Origin: Candidatus Thermosaccharophagus tengchongensis
GTDB lineage: Bacteria; Armatimonadota; Fervidibacteria; Fervidibacterales; Thermosaccharophagaceae
Reading direction: 5' to 3' (one strand)
NCBI GenBank assembly: GCA_032161105.1
Contig: JAVHTD010000006.1
Length of the DNA stretch: 64,000 nt
Both the position numbers and the translations under genes were made by a program. Position 1 is the first letter of the stretch; each line of letters starts with the position of its first letter. Below, piece by piece: positions 1-10,654 of the stretch. The notes below the pieces were generated by a model that saw only the letters and a program-made list of their open reading frames with translations, was not told the DNA's origin and did no database searches.

Positions 1-128
1 ACGCTCTGCCAATGGCTCGCTTGCGCCTGCCGAACGCTCACATGAATAAGCCAGCCACAACGCTGAGACAAACAGAAGGATGAGCAATTCAAGTGCACCC
101 TTTATTCGCCTTCCCATCATCTCATCCC

Positions 129-1277
129 TCACATCTGTGCCTTTCCGAGTCGCACCGTGAACTTCATCCTCTGACCACCACGCACGACTTCAATTGTGGC
201 ATCGGAGTATGGCTCGGCAATCCAAACTTCCCTGAGCAAGCTTATGCCCGAATGTATTGGCTTACCATTGAAGCGTGTGATCACATCGCCAGCTTGCAAA
301 CCAGCATTTGCAGCCGGGCTATTCTCATGAACGCGCAATATCAAAGCGCCTTCCATCGGCTTTATCCCGTAGCGAGTCACCCTTTGGTTGCTGGCATCCT
401 CAACAATGACGCCAAGATAAGCATGTTCAACGACGCCGCCCTTCATTAACCTGCCAAGTAACGCCTTAACCGTGTTTATCGGTATGGCAAACCCGATGCC
501 TATTCCGACCCTCTCGCCCGACGGATTGTAGATGAATGTATTGACGCCGATCACTTCGCCGTTCAAGTTGAGCAACGGTCCACCGCTGTTGCCCGGGTTT
601 ATGAGGGCGCTCGTCTGCAGGTATGAGTGGACACTCCTTCTTCCCTCAACGGATTCAAATTCCCTCTCCTTTGCGTTTATGAACCCGATGGTCACAGTCT
701 GCCCGAGCCCAAACGGATTCCCAATGGCTATAGCCCAATCACCAACTTCAACCTTGTCGGAGTCGCCAAGCTTTAGCGTCGGCAGCGGCTTCTGCGCATC
801 CACCTTTATGACTGCCAAGTCAAACCATGGGTCAATGCCAACAACCTTGGCTGTAAACTCGCTCTTATCGTGCAGCTCAACGCGAATCCTCCTTGCACCC
901 TCAATCACATGCGAGTTTGTGAGTATGTAACCGTCGCTCCGAATGATGAAACCAGAGCCGATGCCCTCAGAGCGCGGCAACGGCTCACCAAAGAACTCGT
1001 GCAGCAGCTGTTCAAATGGGTCAGCAACTATCCTCACCGTTCGTATGTGCACGACGGCAGGCTCGGCTTCCCTTGCAATCCTCGCAAATGCCTTTTGCCA
1101 GTCCGACTGAACTGCCCTTGATTGCCCACCTGACGGCGCCTCACCGGATGTCGCAATGTGAGTTGAAGCGCTTGTCCGCTCGCCTGAGCTGTTCCACTCG
1201 CCAACCCTGTATCCGAAAGCGAAACCGAGCAGCAATGGGATGAGCATGCCTATCAATGCCTTGCATGCCATCCGCAT
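129..1277 (-). CDS. htrA: HtrA/DegP-family serine protease (trypsin domain + one PDZ, N-terminal membrane anchor)
   Basis: Motifs GSGFII, TNSHV (His), DLAVIK (Asp), INPGNSGGPL (Ser) and a C-terminal PDZ. Start moved to ATG 1277 behind a GGGGGTG SD. Confidence 0.92.
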   Translation of the reverse strand: MRMACKALIGMLIPLLLGFAFGYRVGEWNSSGERTSASTHIATSGEAPSGGQSRAVQSDWQKAFARIAREAEPAVVHIRTVRIVADPFEQLLHEFFGEPLPRSEGIGSGFIIRSDGYILTNSHVIEGARRIRVELHDKSEFTAKVVGIDPWFDLAVIKVDAQKPLPTLKLGDSDKVEVGDWAIAIGNPFGLGQTVTIGFINAKEREFESVEGRRSVHSYLQTSALINPGNSGGPLLNLNGEVIGVNTFIYNPSGERVGIGIGFAIPINTVKALLGRLMKGGVVEHAYLGVIVEDASNQRVTRYGIKPMEGALILRVHENSPAANAGLQAGDVITRFNGKPIHSGISLLREVWIAEPYSDATIEVVRGGQRMKFTVRLGKAQM

Positions 1278-1346
1278 TTCACCGTCACCCCCTGTCAAAT
1301 CCGAGGGCGGTTTGATGTGGCGAACGAGCATTGGCTTTGTGCATTC

Positions 1347-4300
1347 TCATTTCACTTTGACTTGTAGGACGAGAGGCTTTGCTCCGTGCTCCTCAAACCA
1401 AATCTTGCCCGCTCGCACCATGTCCAACTTGAGATTGTAAGCACCACCCTTCTTTGGGGCTTTCAGAGAGGCATCAAGTTCCACAGTTTCATCCATCTGT
1501 ATGTCCTTCGGCAGGTTGGAAACGATGCCGGATTCAACTACCACCCCTTTCTCATCAATCCAGCGGCATCCGAGTTGAACGATGTCATCACCGGTCGCAT
1601 TCCATGTTAAAGCGCCCCTATTCCTTAAGCGCAATTTGACTTTGTAAGTTTGACCCGCAATCAACTCCACAGGTATGTCGTGCGATATGACCTCGTAGTC
1701 GTGCTCGGCTATGACCCTAACAAGCACATTGAGCGATGGTGAACCACGCTCACTGAACCAACCTACACCCTCCATGTGCAAGTCCCAGCGCAGCGTGAAT
1801 AAGCCGACACGCTTTGGAGAGCGCACCCTCGCCTTAACTGCCACGCTCTCGTTAAACCCCACATCCCTTGGGAGCGGTGTCCTGAGCTGGACGATGTCTT
1901 TGATCTCGTTTCCGCTCTCATCCAGCCACTGATAGCTGAGCATAATGGGATGCTCACCAGCAGCCATCCAAGTCATCGTCCCACGATTTGCCAGCGTCAT
2001 CTCAACTTCATACTCATGTCCGACAACCATTACGGTGGGATGTTTGACCGGATGGAATTCAGCAACGCATGTTGAGCGCTGAACCGTCACTTCAACCTTG
2101 AGCGCTGCAGAGCCCATCCGTGAAAACGGCAAATTGCCGGCACGAAGCAAATCCCAATGCAAGGTGTAGTCGCCGCTTGCTGATGGAGCTTGCACCCTTG
2201 CTTCAACTTCAACCACCTCTCCGGGCATGACATCATACGGCATCGGCGTCTCTATCGTGGGCATAGCGAATTCCTTCCCATCGGGGGCAACCCATCGGTA
2301 TATCACTCGGACGCTTCTGAGCCCCTTGCTCTCCCATGTCAAAGCACCGATGTTCTTCAGGCGCAGGTTGACGAGGTAGATTTGACCGGGATACATTGCC
2401 TTCGGGGTGTTGTGCCACAAGTATGCGACTGCATATGGCATTTTGACGCTGACCGGATGCACTTCAAAATTGCTCCCCAGTTCCGACAGCCAAGATTGCT
2501 TTCCACCGCGCTCCTGCAGCGCTAAGTCCCAAAGCAGGCTGTATTCACCGGGAACTGATGGTGAGCGTATCCTCACACTCACTTCAACCGTCTCGCCCGG
2601 TTTGACGCCTTCATCCAACGGTGTCAGGATCGGCTGCTCATCAAGCTTTGCACCATGTTGATCAAGCCAGTGATAACCAACCAACACCTTGGCTGGTGCG
2701 TCTTTCGCATTCCACGGCATCGCACCGATATTGCGCAACCTCAACCTCACGGTGTAAATCTGGCTTGGAGCCATCTCCCTCGGGGCATTGTGCCAAATGA
2801 CCTGCGCCGCATAGCGCCTCACAACCCTCACAGGTATGCTCAGCGTCTCGCAACCTTCCTCCGAGAACCAAATTGCACCGCCGTAGCATAAGTCCCACTC
2901 AAGCGTGTAACTCCCGGGATTGTCAGGCGCAATAACCCTCGCCGTCAATTCCACTTCCTCCGATTCGTTGACATCTTTTGGGAGGCTGAATTTCTCGCCG
3001 CGCATCACGATGGCTCCGCTTTCATCCTTCCAACGATACGATAAAGTCACCGCATACCTTCCGGCGGCAAGCCATGTTAACTTGCCCGTGTTGCGCAACT
3101 TAATCACAACCTGAACAGCATCCGATGAGAGCATCTCCTCTGGGATGGTGTGCTCAACATATGAGACGCCATAAATCCTCTCAGCAATCACCGTCACACT
3201 GTCCTCGCTCAAATCACCCTCTTCGTCATAGGCGCGAAGGCGCAATGTGAGCACGCCGCTTAGCTGGCTTACATCCCAAGTTGCTATCACCTCATCCTCA
3301 ACCTGCCTTATCCCATCACGCAGCTCAATCACCGCCCATGAAGTTGGCACAGCACCGCGACCATACTCAAGCGTCAAGTGCTTTAGTTCACCATATGGGA
3401 CTTTGACTGTTGCCCTGATTGGCACAGTCCCTTCAACCCTTGCTCCCTGCTTTGGGTGTGTTATCTGCACATGCGGCAATTGCCTCTCAAGCTCCAAAAC
3501 GAATATCTCCCTGTTGCCGTCAACCACCGCATCGTATGCAATCATGTTGCCCGTCGGTGACCAGCTCGGTGAGGATGGGTTTTCTCCGGGTGCTTCAACC
3601 TTCTTAAGCGAGCTGCCGTCAGCGCTGATTATGACAACTTCGCAGCGACCATCAATTCGCCTCACCGCACAAATCCATTTTCCATCCGGCGACCACGATG
3701 GCGAATATCCCCCCGGCAAAATCAACCTCTCAGTGCGCTCAATCAAATTCATCACATAAAGACCGCTCTTACCATCTCCCTTAGCCACAAAAGCCAATTG
3801 CTTTCCATCCGGTGACCATGCAGGCTCCCAAGCGCCCTGACGCAATTTCCTCGGCTTGCCAGTGCCATCCAAATCAACCAACCAAATTGAATCAACTCCA
3901 TCCCTATCGGAAACGAAGGCAACACACTTCCCGTCGGGAGATATGGCTGGCATCCAGTCAATTCCAGGTGAGTCAGTTATCTGGCGCAGCTTGCCCGTTG
4001 AGAGTTCAAGCAACCAAACATCAATATTGCCGGAGCGGTTGCTCACAAACGCCAGCAAGTCGGCATGGCGCGCTAACGATGGGCTGCTTGCAAATTCACC
4101 CTCGGACTCGGACCTCACGAGTTTCTGGATGCTGCCTGTGAGCGTATCAAGCACCCATATTTCGTTTGCTCCGTCCCTTCCCGAAACGAATGCGAGCCTT
4201 TTGCCATCACCAAACCATGACGGCTGAGCTTCAACCGCCGGTGAACTCGCCACACGCTTTGCCGAACGAACCCTTATGGCAGCCTCGCATGCGGTGTAAG

Positions 4301-4352
4301 CGACGAACACTGTGATGGCAAATAAAGCCACCACAACATTTGAGAGCCTCAT
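1347..4352 (-). CDS. Secreted TolB-like (PD40) beta-propeller protein with an Ig-like domain and five ~120-aa NBR1-FW-like Ig repeats
   Basis: Signal peptide, repeated PxWSPDG/AFVSxR motifs, then five repeats of LxNxG.xW..Y.W...G..LP.DV..GE.V.....AP...G.Y.L.WD. Start ATG 4352 after a GGGGGTG SD. Confidence 0.8.
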   Translation of the reverse strand: MRLSNVVVALFAITVFVAYTACEAAIRVRSAKRVASSPAVEAQPSWFGDGKRLAFVSGRDGANEIWVLDTLTGSIQKLVRSESEGEFASSPSLARHADLLAFVSNRSGNIDVWLLELSTGKLRQITDSPGIDWMPAISPDGKCVAFVSDRDGVDSIWLVDLDGTGKPRKLRQGAWEPAWSPDGKQLAFVAKGDGKSGLYVMNLIERTERLILPGGYSPSWSPDGKWICAVRRIDGRCEVVIISADGSSLKKVEAPGENPSSPSWSPTGNMIAYDAVVDGNREIFVLELERQLPHVQITHPKQGARVEGTVPIRATVKVPYGELKHLTLEYGRGAVPTSWAVIELRDGIRQVEDEVIATWDVSQLSGVLTLRLRAYDEEGDLSEDSVTVIAERIYGVSYVEHTIPEEMLSSDAVQVVIKLRNTGKLTWLAAGRYAVTLSYRWKDESGAIVMRGEKFSLPKDVNESEEVELTARVIAPDNPGSYTLEWDLCYGGAIWFSEEGCETLSIPVRVVRRYAAQVIWHNAPREMAPSQIYTVRLRLRNIGAMPWNAKDAPAKVLVGYHWLDQHGAKLDEQPILTPLDEGVKPGETVEVSVRIRSPSVPGEYSLLWDLALQERGGKQSWLSELGSNFEVHPVSVKMPYAVAYLWHNTPKAMYPGQIYLVNLRLKNIGALTWESKGLRSVRVIYRWVAPDGKEFAMPTIETPMPYDVMPGEVVEVEARVQAPSASGDYTLHWDLLRAGNLPFSRMGSAALKVEVTVQRSTCVAEFHPVKHPTVMVVGHEYEVEMTLANRGTMTWMAAGEHPIMLSYQWLDESGNEIKDIVQLRTPLPRDVGFNESVAVKARVRSPKRVGLFTLRWDLHMEGVGWFSERGSPSLNVLVRVIAEHDYEVISHDIPVELIAGQTYKVKLRLRNRGALTWNATGDDIVQLGCRWIDEKGVVVESGIVSNLPKDIQMDETVELDASLKAPKKGGAYNLKLDMVRAGKIWFEEHGAKPLVLQVKVK

Positions 4353-4421
4353 CAACAAGTTCACCCCCACAACACACGGATCAAACTTGCATCTTGCTTG
4401 ACATCACATGCGCTTGCCAGA

Positions 4422-5186
4422 TTACCGAGATGGCTTAACAGCCCTGCATATGAGCGATATGCCGAATGGAAGTTCAATGTGCTTTATCAACCGTGCTTCA
4501 AGCCCGAGCATGCCAATCAAGAGCTCGTTCAAAAGCCTCGGAAGCCTTATGAACGCAGTGTGCTTGCGAGCGCCAATTTGGGCAATCAACTGCAGCTTGC
4601 GAAACAAAAACACAAATGGCAACAACGGACATATGGCGAAGGATAACTTTTCAATCTCAAACCCGACGGCAACCAGCTTTCGCTCAATCTCAGCTCTGGC
4701 ATATCGCCTGAAATGCCTGAGTGCTATGTCATGCCCGCTCCAAAGCCATTTGAAAGCTGGCACAGTGAGCACCAATACTCCGCCCCCGATTAGGACACGC
4801 CAGAACTCCCTCAGGGCATTAACATCGTCCTCAATATGCTCAAGCACATCAAGTGCCGCTACAAGCTTAGCTGCGCAATCGCGCAACGGCAACCTCAGCG
4901 CATCAGCACATACAAGCAAACCGTTCCAGTGCTCCCTGCACAGGGAGAGAGCAAACTGTGAAATGTCCATCCCAACACATGTGCCGTAGGATGAGAGCAA
5001 TTCCAAGTTTCCACCCGTGCCACAGCCGACATCAACCACCAACCTCTCATCGGCTTTAGAGATGGCAGCAGCATCAAGCAATGCCGCAACAATTCTGCGC
5101 CGCCCGATAAACCACCAGTATGAGCGCTCAAGTTCAAACTGCTCAATGTATTGCTGCTCCTCCAGCTTACTTTCCCCCTTCACCAT
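4422..5186 (-). CDS. Class I SAM-dependent methyltransferase
   Basis: VDVGCGTG motif I; LDVLEHI; LTVPAF..LWS.HD. Confidence 0.85.
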   Translation of the reverse strand: MVKGESKLEEQQYIEQFELERSYWWFIGRRRIVAALLDAAAISKADERLVVDVGCGTGGNLELLSSYGTCVGMDISQFALSLCREHWNGLLVCADALRLPLRDCAAKLVAALDVLEHIEDDVNALREFWRVLIGGGVLVLTVPAFKWLWSGHDIALRHFRRYARAEIERKLVAVGFEIEKLSFAICPLLPFVFLFRKLQLIAQIGARKHTAFIRLPRLLNELLIGMLGLEARLIKHIELPFGISLICRAVKPSR

Positions 5187-5343
5187 CGGCAATCAGCAAC
5201 ATGAGCGTCAAACCACATGTAAGCTAACGCCAATGGCGAATTGATTTCACTTGCATCAGCATGTTTACATCCGCTTGATGGAATGAAGCTCAAATTCGCG
5301 ATGCAGTGAATCACAGCAGTGGTTGATGGAGTGCTGTGACAGG

Positions 5344-6006
5344 TCAAGAACGCCCCTCTGCAACCCCTTCGCTGCCAAATCGCATGATGAACTTGAGCAC
5401 ATGGCTCAACCTGAAGCGCCTTTGATTGCCCGAAGTCCTGTAGTGCTCAAGTAAGCCAGAGTTTGTGTATCTTCGTATGGTTGTCTCACAGACATCAAGC
5501 AGCAACGCCACATCCCTGATTGACATGTCTGGGTCAAGCAACTTGCTCAAGAGCTTCCATCTCGGGCTCTCGTCAGCGCGCCTGTTTATTTCCGTTTGCA
5601 GGCGAGCCACCTGAATCAGTATTTGCTTGAGCAACTCATCAAGCCTATTGTGGCTTCTCGGGTTCTTGATTCCAACCCAAAATGAACGCCCTTGAGCAAC
5701 ACGCGATGATGCGTGAGTGGCAGCCTCAACCGGTTTATTTGTTTCAACCGGCTGCTGTGCTTGGCGCACTTGTTGAGGCTGTGGCAAATGAGTCCGATGC
5801 ACCGTCGGCAGCGCATGCTGCCTCGCCATGCCCCTCCATGGCGGTCTTGGGTGGAGTGTTGATTGAGGTGGGGCATGATGCTCAGCAGGTTGACCCCCCT
5901 CGGTTCTCTTAGCAGCTTCACCGCGAGCAGCTTTCTCCTGTTCCTCCAAGTAGCGCATCCATTCCCTAAGTGACATGCCCTTTCGCTGTTCACTCACAGC
6001 CCTCAC
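5344..6006 (-). CDS. Protein with C-terminal excisionase/BldC-like (MerR-type) HTH and a low-complexity N-terminus
   Basis: MSIRDVALLLDVCETTIRRYTNSG..YRTSGNQRRF at the C-terminus; GTG start with a GAGAGG SD overlapping the start region. Confidence 0.75.
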   Translation of the reverse strand: MRAVSEQRKGMSLREWMRYLEEQEKAARGEAAKRTEGGQPAEHHAPPQSTLHPRPPWRGMARQHALPTVHRTHLPQPQQVRQAQQPVETNKPVEAATHASSRVAQGRSFWVGIKNPRSHNRLDELLKQILIQVARLQTEINRRADESPRWKLLSKLLDPDMSIRDVALLLDVCETTIRRYTNSGLLEHYRTSGNQRRFRLSHVLKFIMRFGSEGVAEGRS

Positions 6007-6179
6007 CTCTCAACCGAAGCGCAAAGCGCTACGCTGCAATGTGCGCAATGCCTATTGCTATTATGCATCCCCATCCGAAAGGCTAATAGGCTATGCGAGT
6101 GGTTTGGCGTTTGCGCTAAAATGGCAAATGGCGCTAATTGAGTTGCCCCGCATGGGCAGCACCCGGAGGTGACAGGTTA

Positions 6180-7328
6180 ATGCCAAAACGCCAAAAGGAA
6201 GAGGAACAGCAAGACCTCTTGGGAGGCAAGGATATAGAGGATGAATTGGCGCCAAGCACGCAGGTGAGCGAGGAGAAGTTAAAAGCGCTTGAGAGCGCAA
6301 TTAGCCATATTGAGAAGAGGTTTGGAAAGGGAAGCATAATGCGCCTCAGCGACCAGCCAGCAAAGCTGAAGGTTGATGTTATACCGACTGGGTCAATAGC
6401 GCTTGACATAGCAACTGGGATTGGCGGCATACCGAGGGGACGAATAACAGAGATATTCGGTCCTGAGGGTTCCGGCAAGACGACCTTGGCTTACCACATC
6501 ATTGCAGAGGCTCAAAAGATGGGCGGCATAGCTGCGTTCATAGACGCCGAACATGCTATGGACAGGAACTATGTCATGGCACTCGGGATTGACCTTGATA
6601 GGCTGTATATCTCGCAGCCGGACTCCGGAGAGCAGGCGCTTGAGATTGCGGATGAACTTGTGCGCAGCGGTGCTGTTGATGTGCTCGTGATTGACTCAGT
6701 TGCGGCGCTCGTTCCAAGAGCCGAACTTGAGGGCGAAATGGGCGACCAACACATGGGCTTGCAAGCGAGGCTTATGTCACAGGCACTGCGCAAGCTTGCC
6801 GGCTCAATAAATCGCTCACGGACTGCAGCCGTGCTAACGAATCAGGTCCGTGAGAAGCTCGGGATAATGTTTGGCAGCCCTGAGGTGACGCCCGGCGGCA
6901 GGGCGTTAAAGTTCTGGGCATCGCTGAGACTGAGGATAAGCAGGGAGGATTCAATTCGCTCTGGGAACGAAATTATCGGGCACATCTGCAATGTGAAAGT
7001 CGTCAAGAATAAGCTCGCACCGCCATTCCGAGATGCCAGCTTTGAAATACTCTTTGGAAGGGGCATTTGCCGATACAGCAACATCTTGGACATGGCGGTG
7101 CACTGCGAGATAATCGCGAAGGTGGGCACTTGGTATAGCTACAATGATGAGCGCCTCGGGCAAGGGCGTGAGAATGCGTGGCGTTACCTTGAGCAACATC
7201 CGGAGTTGGCAGCCGAAATTGAGCTGCAGATACGGAAGAAATTCAACCTGCCAATTCCGGCGTGGCTCGAGGAGCTCGCTCACAGGCGCAGTGAAGTGGC
7301 ACCTGCGGTCAGTGCTGCTGAAAGTTAG
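6180..7328 (+). CDS. recA: Recombinase RecA
   Basis: [10 protein letters not shown]-loop, [23 protein letters not shown] 6180 after GGAGGTG. Confidence 0.99.
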   Translation: MPKRQKEEEQQDLLGGKDIEDELAPSTQVSEEKLKALESAISHIEKRFGKGSIMRLSDQPAKLKVDVIPTGSIALDIATGIGGIPRGRITEIFGPEGSGKTTLAYHIIAEAQKMGGIAAFIDAEHAMDRNYVMALGIDLDRLYISQPDSGEQALEIADELVRSGAVDVLVIDSVAALVPRAELEGEMGDQHMGLQARLMSQALRKLAGSINRSRTAAVLTNQVREKLGIMFGSPEVTPGGRALKFWASLRLRISREDSIRSGNEIIGHICNVKVVKNKLAPPFRDASFEILFGRGICRYSNILDMAVHCEIIAKVGTWYSYNDERLGQGRENAWRYLEQHPELAAEIELQIRKKFNLPIPAWLEELAHRRSEVAPAVSAAES

Positions 7329-7412
7329 CGGGTATGGCTTTGATGCATTCATGTCGGCAATTCAATTAAACGCCCTTGCTCAATGGGCGCAAAGGATATT
7401 GGTGAATAGCCG

Positions 7413-7982
7413 ATGCGCAAGTTGAGGGCAGTTAAATCAAAGGGGGATGCAAACAAAAGGGCGATTGATTATTGCATGCGTTTGCTTTGCCATAGGCAAT
7501 ATAGCGAGGGCGAGCTAAGGCGTAAGTTAATGGAGCGCGGCTATAGCGATGACGAGATAGCAAGTGCCATCAACAGGCTGAATGAGCTTGGTCTGATTGA
7601 TGACGAGGAATTGAGCAAGTGGCTCGTTCAGTCAGCCATTGAGAGGCAAAGCTATGGGAGACACGCTCTCATAGCTCGCATGAGGAACCTCATGCTTTCG
7701 GAGGATTGCATCCAATGTGCCATCAAGATGTTTGATTTGGAGACGGAAGCTGACATTGCTGTAAAGCTGCTGCGTAAGTGGCTTCCTGAAGAGCGCCGTG
7801 GTGATGGTGGTGTGCCGCTAAATGGTGCGGAGGTAAGACGCCTTATCTCGCGCCTTTTAAGGCGCGGCTTCAGCAGCGAAGCCATCGCAAAAGCTTTGAG
7901 GCGCATCGGATGCAAGCCATTTGATGTCGGCGAGTTCGGTGAGGCGTTGCCTCAGCAAAGCATTGAAGAGGCTCTTGATTAA
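7413..7982 (+). CDS. recX: Regulatory protein RecX
   Basis: Directly after recA; R.YSEGELRRKL, LIDDEE, LLRRGFS motifs. Confidence 0.9.
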   Translation: MRKLRAVKSKGDANKRAIDYCMRLLCHRQYSEGELRRKLMERGYSDDEIASAINRLNELGLIDDEELSKWLVQSAIERQSYGRHALIARMRNLMLSEDCIQCAIKMFDLETEADIAVKLLRKWLPEERRGDGGVPLNGAEVRRLISRLLRRGFSSEAIAKALRRIGCKPFDVGEFGEALPQQSIEEALD

Positions 7983-8047
7983 CCCCAAAGCCTCAGGCTG
8001 CCCTCAAACGAGTGCATCGGCTGTTCCCCCAAAGGGGGTGAGCATTT

Positions 8048-9571
8048 ATGACCGCAGTCACACTTGTAATGCCATTGGTTGGTTTACTTCTTGGCGCACT
8101 CATCGGGTATGCAATTTCACTTGTGCAGCGCCGAAAGGGAGAAAGGGAACTGAAGCAGATGGAGCAACGCCTGAGGGAGACGGAGCAGGCGAGAATGAAT
8201 GAGCTGCTGCGAGCGCATGAGGAATTGCAGCGCCAGAGAGGTGAGTTTGAGCAGGAGGTGCGAGAGAGACGAAGGGAGCTGCAGCGCCTTGAAGAACGGC
8301 TGATGGAGAAAGAGAGCTTGCTCATCAGGAAGGAGCAAGCGCTTGACAGCCGAGAGACGGAGCTGAGGAGGCTTGAACAGTGCATCCGTGAGCAGCAGAA
8401 GGAAGTTGAATGTTTGCAGGCGGATTATAGGCACAGGCTTGAAGAAGTGGCAGGGATGTCAACTGCCGAGGCAAAGAGGCTTTTGCTCATAGCGGTTGAA
8501 GAGGAGCTAAGCGATGAATTGGCGAGGCGCATCGCCGAAGCCGAGGAGAGAGCAAGGGAGGAAGCTGAAAGGCGCGCACAGGAGATCATCATATCGGCAA
8601 TGCAGAGATGCGCTGTGCAAGTCGCCACAGCTGCAACTATCTCCGTCGTCACGCTGCCAAGTGAGGAGATGAAAGGGCGAATCATAGGCCGCGAGGGGCG
8701 CAACATAAGGGCATTTGAAATGCTCAGCGGCGTTGATGTGATAATTGATGACACGCCGGAAACGATCGTGCTCTCCTCGTTTGACCCGGTCAGGCGTGAG
8801 ATAGCCAGGTTGGCGATGGAGATGCTCATAGCCGATGGGCGAATCCATCCGGCAAGCATTGAGGAGGCGATTGAGAAGGCAAGACAGGATGTTGAGGCTC
8901 AGATGCTCAAGGCTGCCGAAGCCGCTGTGGTGGAAGCAGGTGTTGACAGGCTGCCACAGGGTCTGATGAAGTTGCTCGGCAGACTTGCCTTCAGGATGAG
9001 TTATGGTCAGAGTGTGCTCTGGCACTCGGTTGAAGTTGCGGTGTTGGCTGGATTGATGGCTGGCGAATTGGGCGCTGATGTTGAAGTTGCGAGGAGGGCT
9101 GGCTTACTGCATGACATCGGGAAAGCGGTTGACCATCAAGTTGACGGTGGGCATGTCCAAATAGGCGCAGAGATATTGCGCAGGTATGGTGAAAGCGAAG
9201 CCGTGATTAAAGCCATGTTGGCTCACCACGAGGATGTGGAGCCGCAGAGTGTTGAAGCGGTGCTTGTTACGCTCGCCGACGCCATCTCAGCTTCCCGTCC
9301 CGGAGCGCGCAGGGAGAGCCTTGAAGCATACATACGCAGGCTTGAAGCTATGGAGCAAATCGCGCATTCATTTGAAGGGGTGCAAAAGGCATATGCGATA
9401 AAGGCGGGGAGGGAGATACGGGTCATAGTCAATCCCGATAAGGTGAGCGATTTGCAGCTCGCAAAGCTGGCAAGGGATATAGCAAAAACGATTGAGCAGC
9501 AAATTCAATACCCGGGGCAGGTCAAGGTCGTCGTCATAAGGGAAAAGCGCCATGTGGAATATGCACGCTGA
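8048..9571 (+). CDS. rny: Ribonuclease Y
   Basis: N-terminal TM helix, coiled coil, KH domain (KGRIIGREGRNIR), HD domain (HSVEVA..LLHDIGKA). Confidence 0.97.
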   Translation: MTAVTLVMPLVGLLLGALIGYAISLVQRRKGERELKQMEQRLRETEQARMNELLRAHEELQRQRGEFEQEVRERRRELQRLEERLMEKESLLIRKEQALDSRETELRRLEQCIREQQKEVECLQADYRHRLEEVAGMSTAEAKRLLLIAVEEELSDELARRIAEAEERAREEAERRAQEIIISAMQRCAVQVATAATISVVTLPSEEMKGRIIGREGRNIRAFEMLSGVDVIIDDTPETIVLSSFDPVRREIARLAMEMLIADGRIHPASIEEAIEKARQDVEAQMLKAAEAAVVEAGVDRLPQGLMKLLGRLAFRMSYGQSVLWHSVEVAVLAGLMAGELGADVEVARRAGLLHDIGKAVDHQVDGGHVQIGAEILRRYGESEAVIKAMLAHHEDVEPQSVEAVLVTLADAISASRPGARRESLEAYIRRLEAMEQIAHSFEGVQKAYAIKAGREIRVIVNPDKVSDLQLAKLARDIAKTIEQQIQYPGQVKVVVIREKRHVEYAR

Positions 9572-9650
9572 CAATTCCCATCTGGGCAAATGAGCGGAAG
9601 GAAACAGGAGTTGGTGCACAATGAATGCCACAAGACTGGGGTGAACAACT

Positions 9651-10475
9651 GTGCGCATACTCTGCATTGGCGATGTGGTTGGACAAGTTGGAAGGAGGAC
9701 ATTGAAGAAGCTCCTTCCGGAGCTAATACGGGAACACGATATTGAATTCGTCATTGCCAACGGCGAGAATGCAGCCGGTGGGCTTGGCATAACGCCACAA
9801 GTTGCCGATGAGTTGTTTGCTTCGGGCGTGGATTGCATCACTACTGGAAATCATGTGTGGCGTCACAAGGAGATAATTGAGCGCATGGCAAAGGATGAGA
9901 GGCTCCTTCGCCCGGCAAATTATCCCCCTGAGACGGTCGGATACGGCTGGACGGTGCTGCGCCCGAGAAGACACAGCAAGAGTGAGGGGGCTGTTTGCGT
10001 CGTTTGCTTGCTCGGACTTGTATTCATGGAGCCGCTTGATTGCCCATTCAGAGCGGTTGACAGGATACTGGAGGAGGTCGGAGAGCTGACGAAGGTCATC
10101 GTAGTTGACTTCCATGCGGAGGCAACATCGGAGAAGCAGGCATTTGCACGATATGTGGATGGGAGGGTGAGTTTGGTCTTTGGAACTCATACGCATGTCA
10201 TGACAGCCGATGAGTGCATCCTGCCAAATGGCACAGCTTATATCACCGATGTCGGCATGACCGGTCCGATAGATAGCGTAATTGGAATGAAGGCGGATGC
10301 GATTATCCATAGGCTTGTAACCAAGCTGCCCATAAAGTTTGAACCGGCTTCTGGGAGGGGGATGCTTTCAGCGGTGCTCGTTGATGTGGATGAAGCGACC
10401 GGGAGGGCAAAGTCAATAGAGCGTATCCTGCTCAAGGAGCCCGAAGCAAAAAACGCAATGGGTGAGGTCGTGTAG
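9651..10475 (+). CDS. ymdB: YmdB-like metallophosphoesterase (TIGR00282)
   Basis: IGDVVG, NGENAAGG, TGNH, DFHAEATSEK, GTHTH; follows rny. Confidence 0.95.
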   Translation: MRILCIGDVVGQVGRRTLKKLLPELIREHDIEFVIANGENAAGGLGITPQVADELFASGVDCITTGNHVWRHKEIIERMAKDERLLRPANYPPETVGYGWTVLRPRRHSKSEGAVCVVCLLGLVFMEPLDCPFRAVDRILEEVGELTKVIVVDFHAEATSEKQAFARYVDGRVSLVFGTHTHVMTADECILPNGTAYITDVGMTGPIDSVIGMKADAIIHRLVTKLPIKFEPASGRGMLSAVLVDVDEATGRAKSIERILLKEPEAKNAMGEVV

Positions 10476-10654
10476 CACACTTGCGCATGCTGCATGTGCA
10501 AGTTAAATTGTGTGGTGGCACAATCTAAGATACAAACGATGCAGTCACAGCCAGAAACGGAGAGAGGTATGAAATAGTGCGAATGGAACGGCGAGATGAG
10601 CAAAACGCTGTGCGCTTCAGCAGAAAAACAACAAGGCACAGGGGCGGATCGGGG

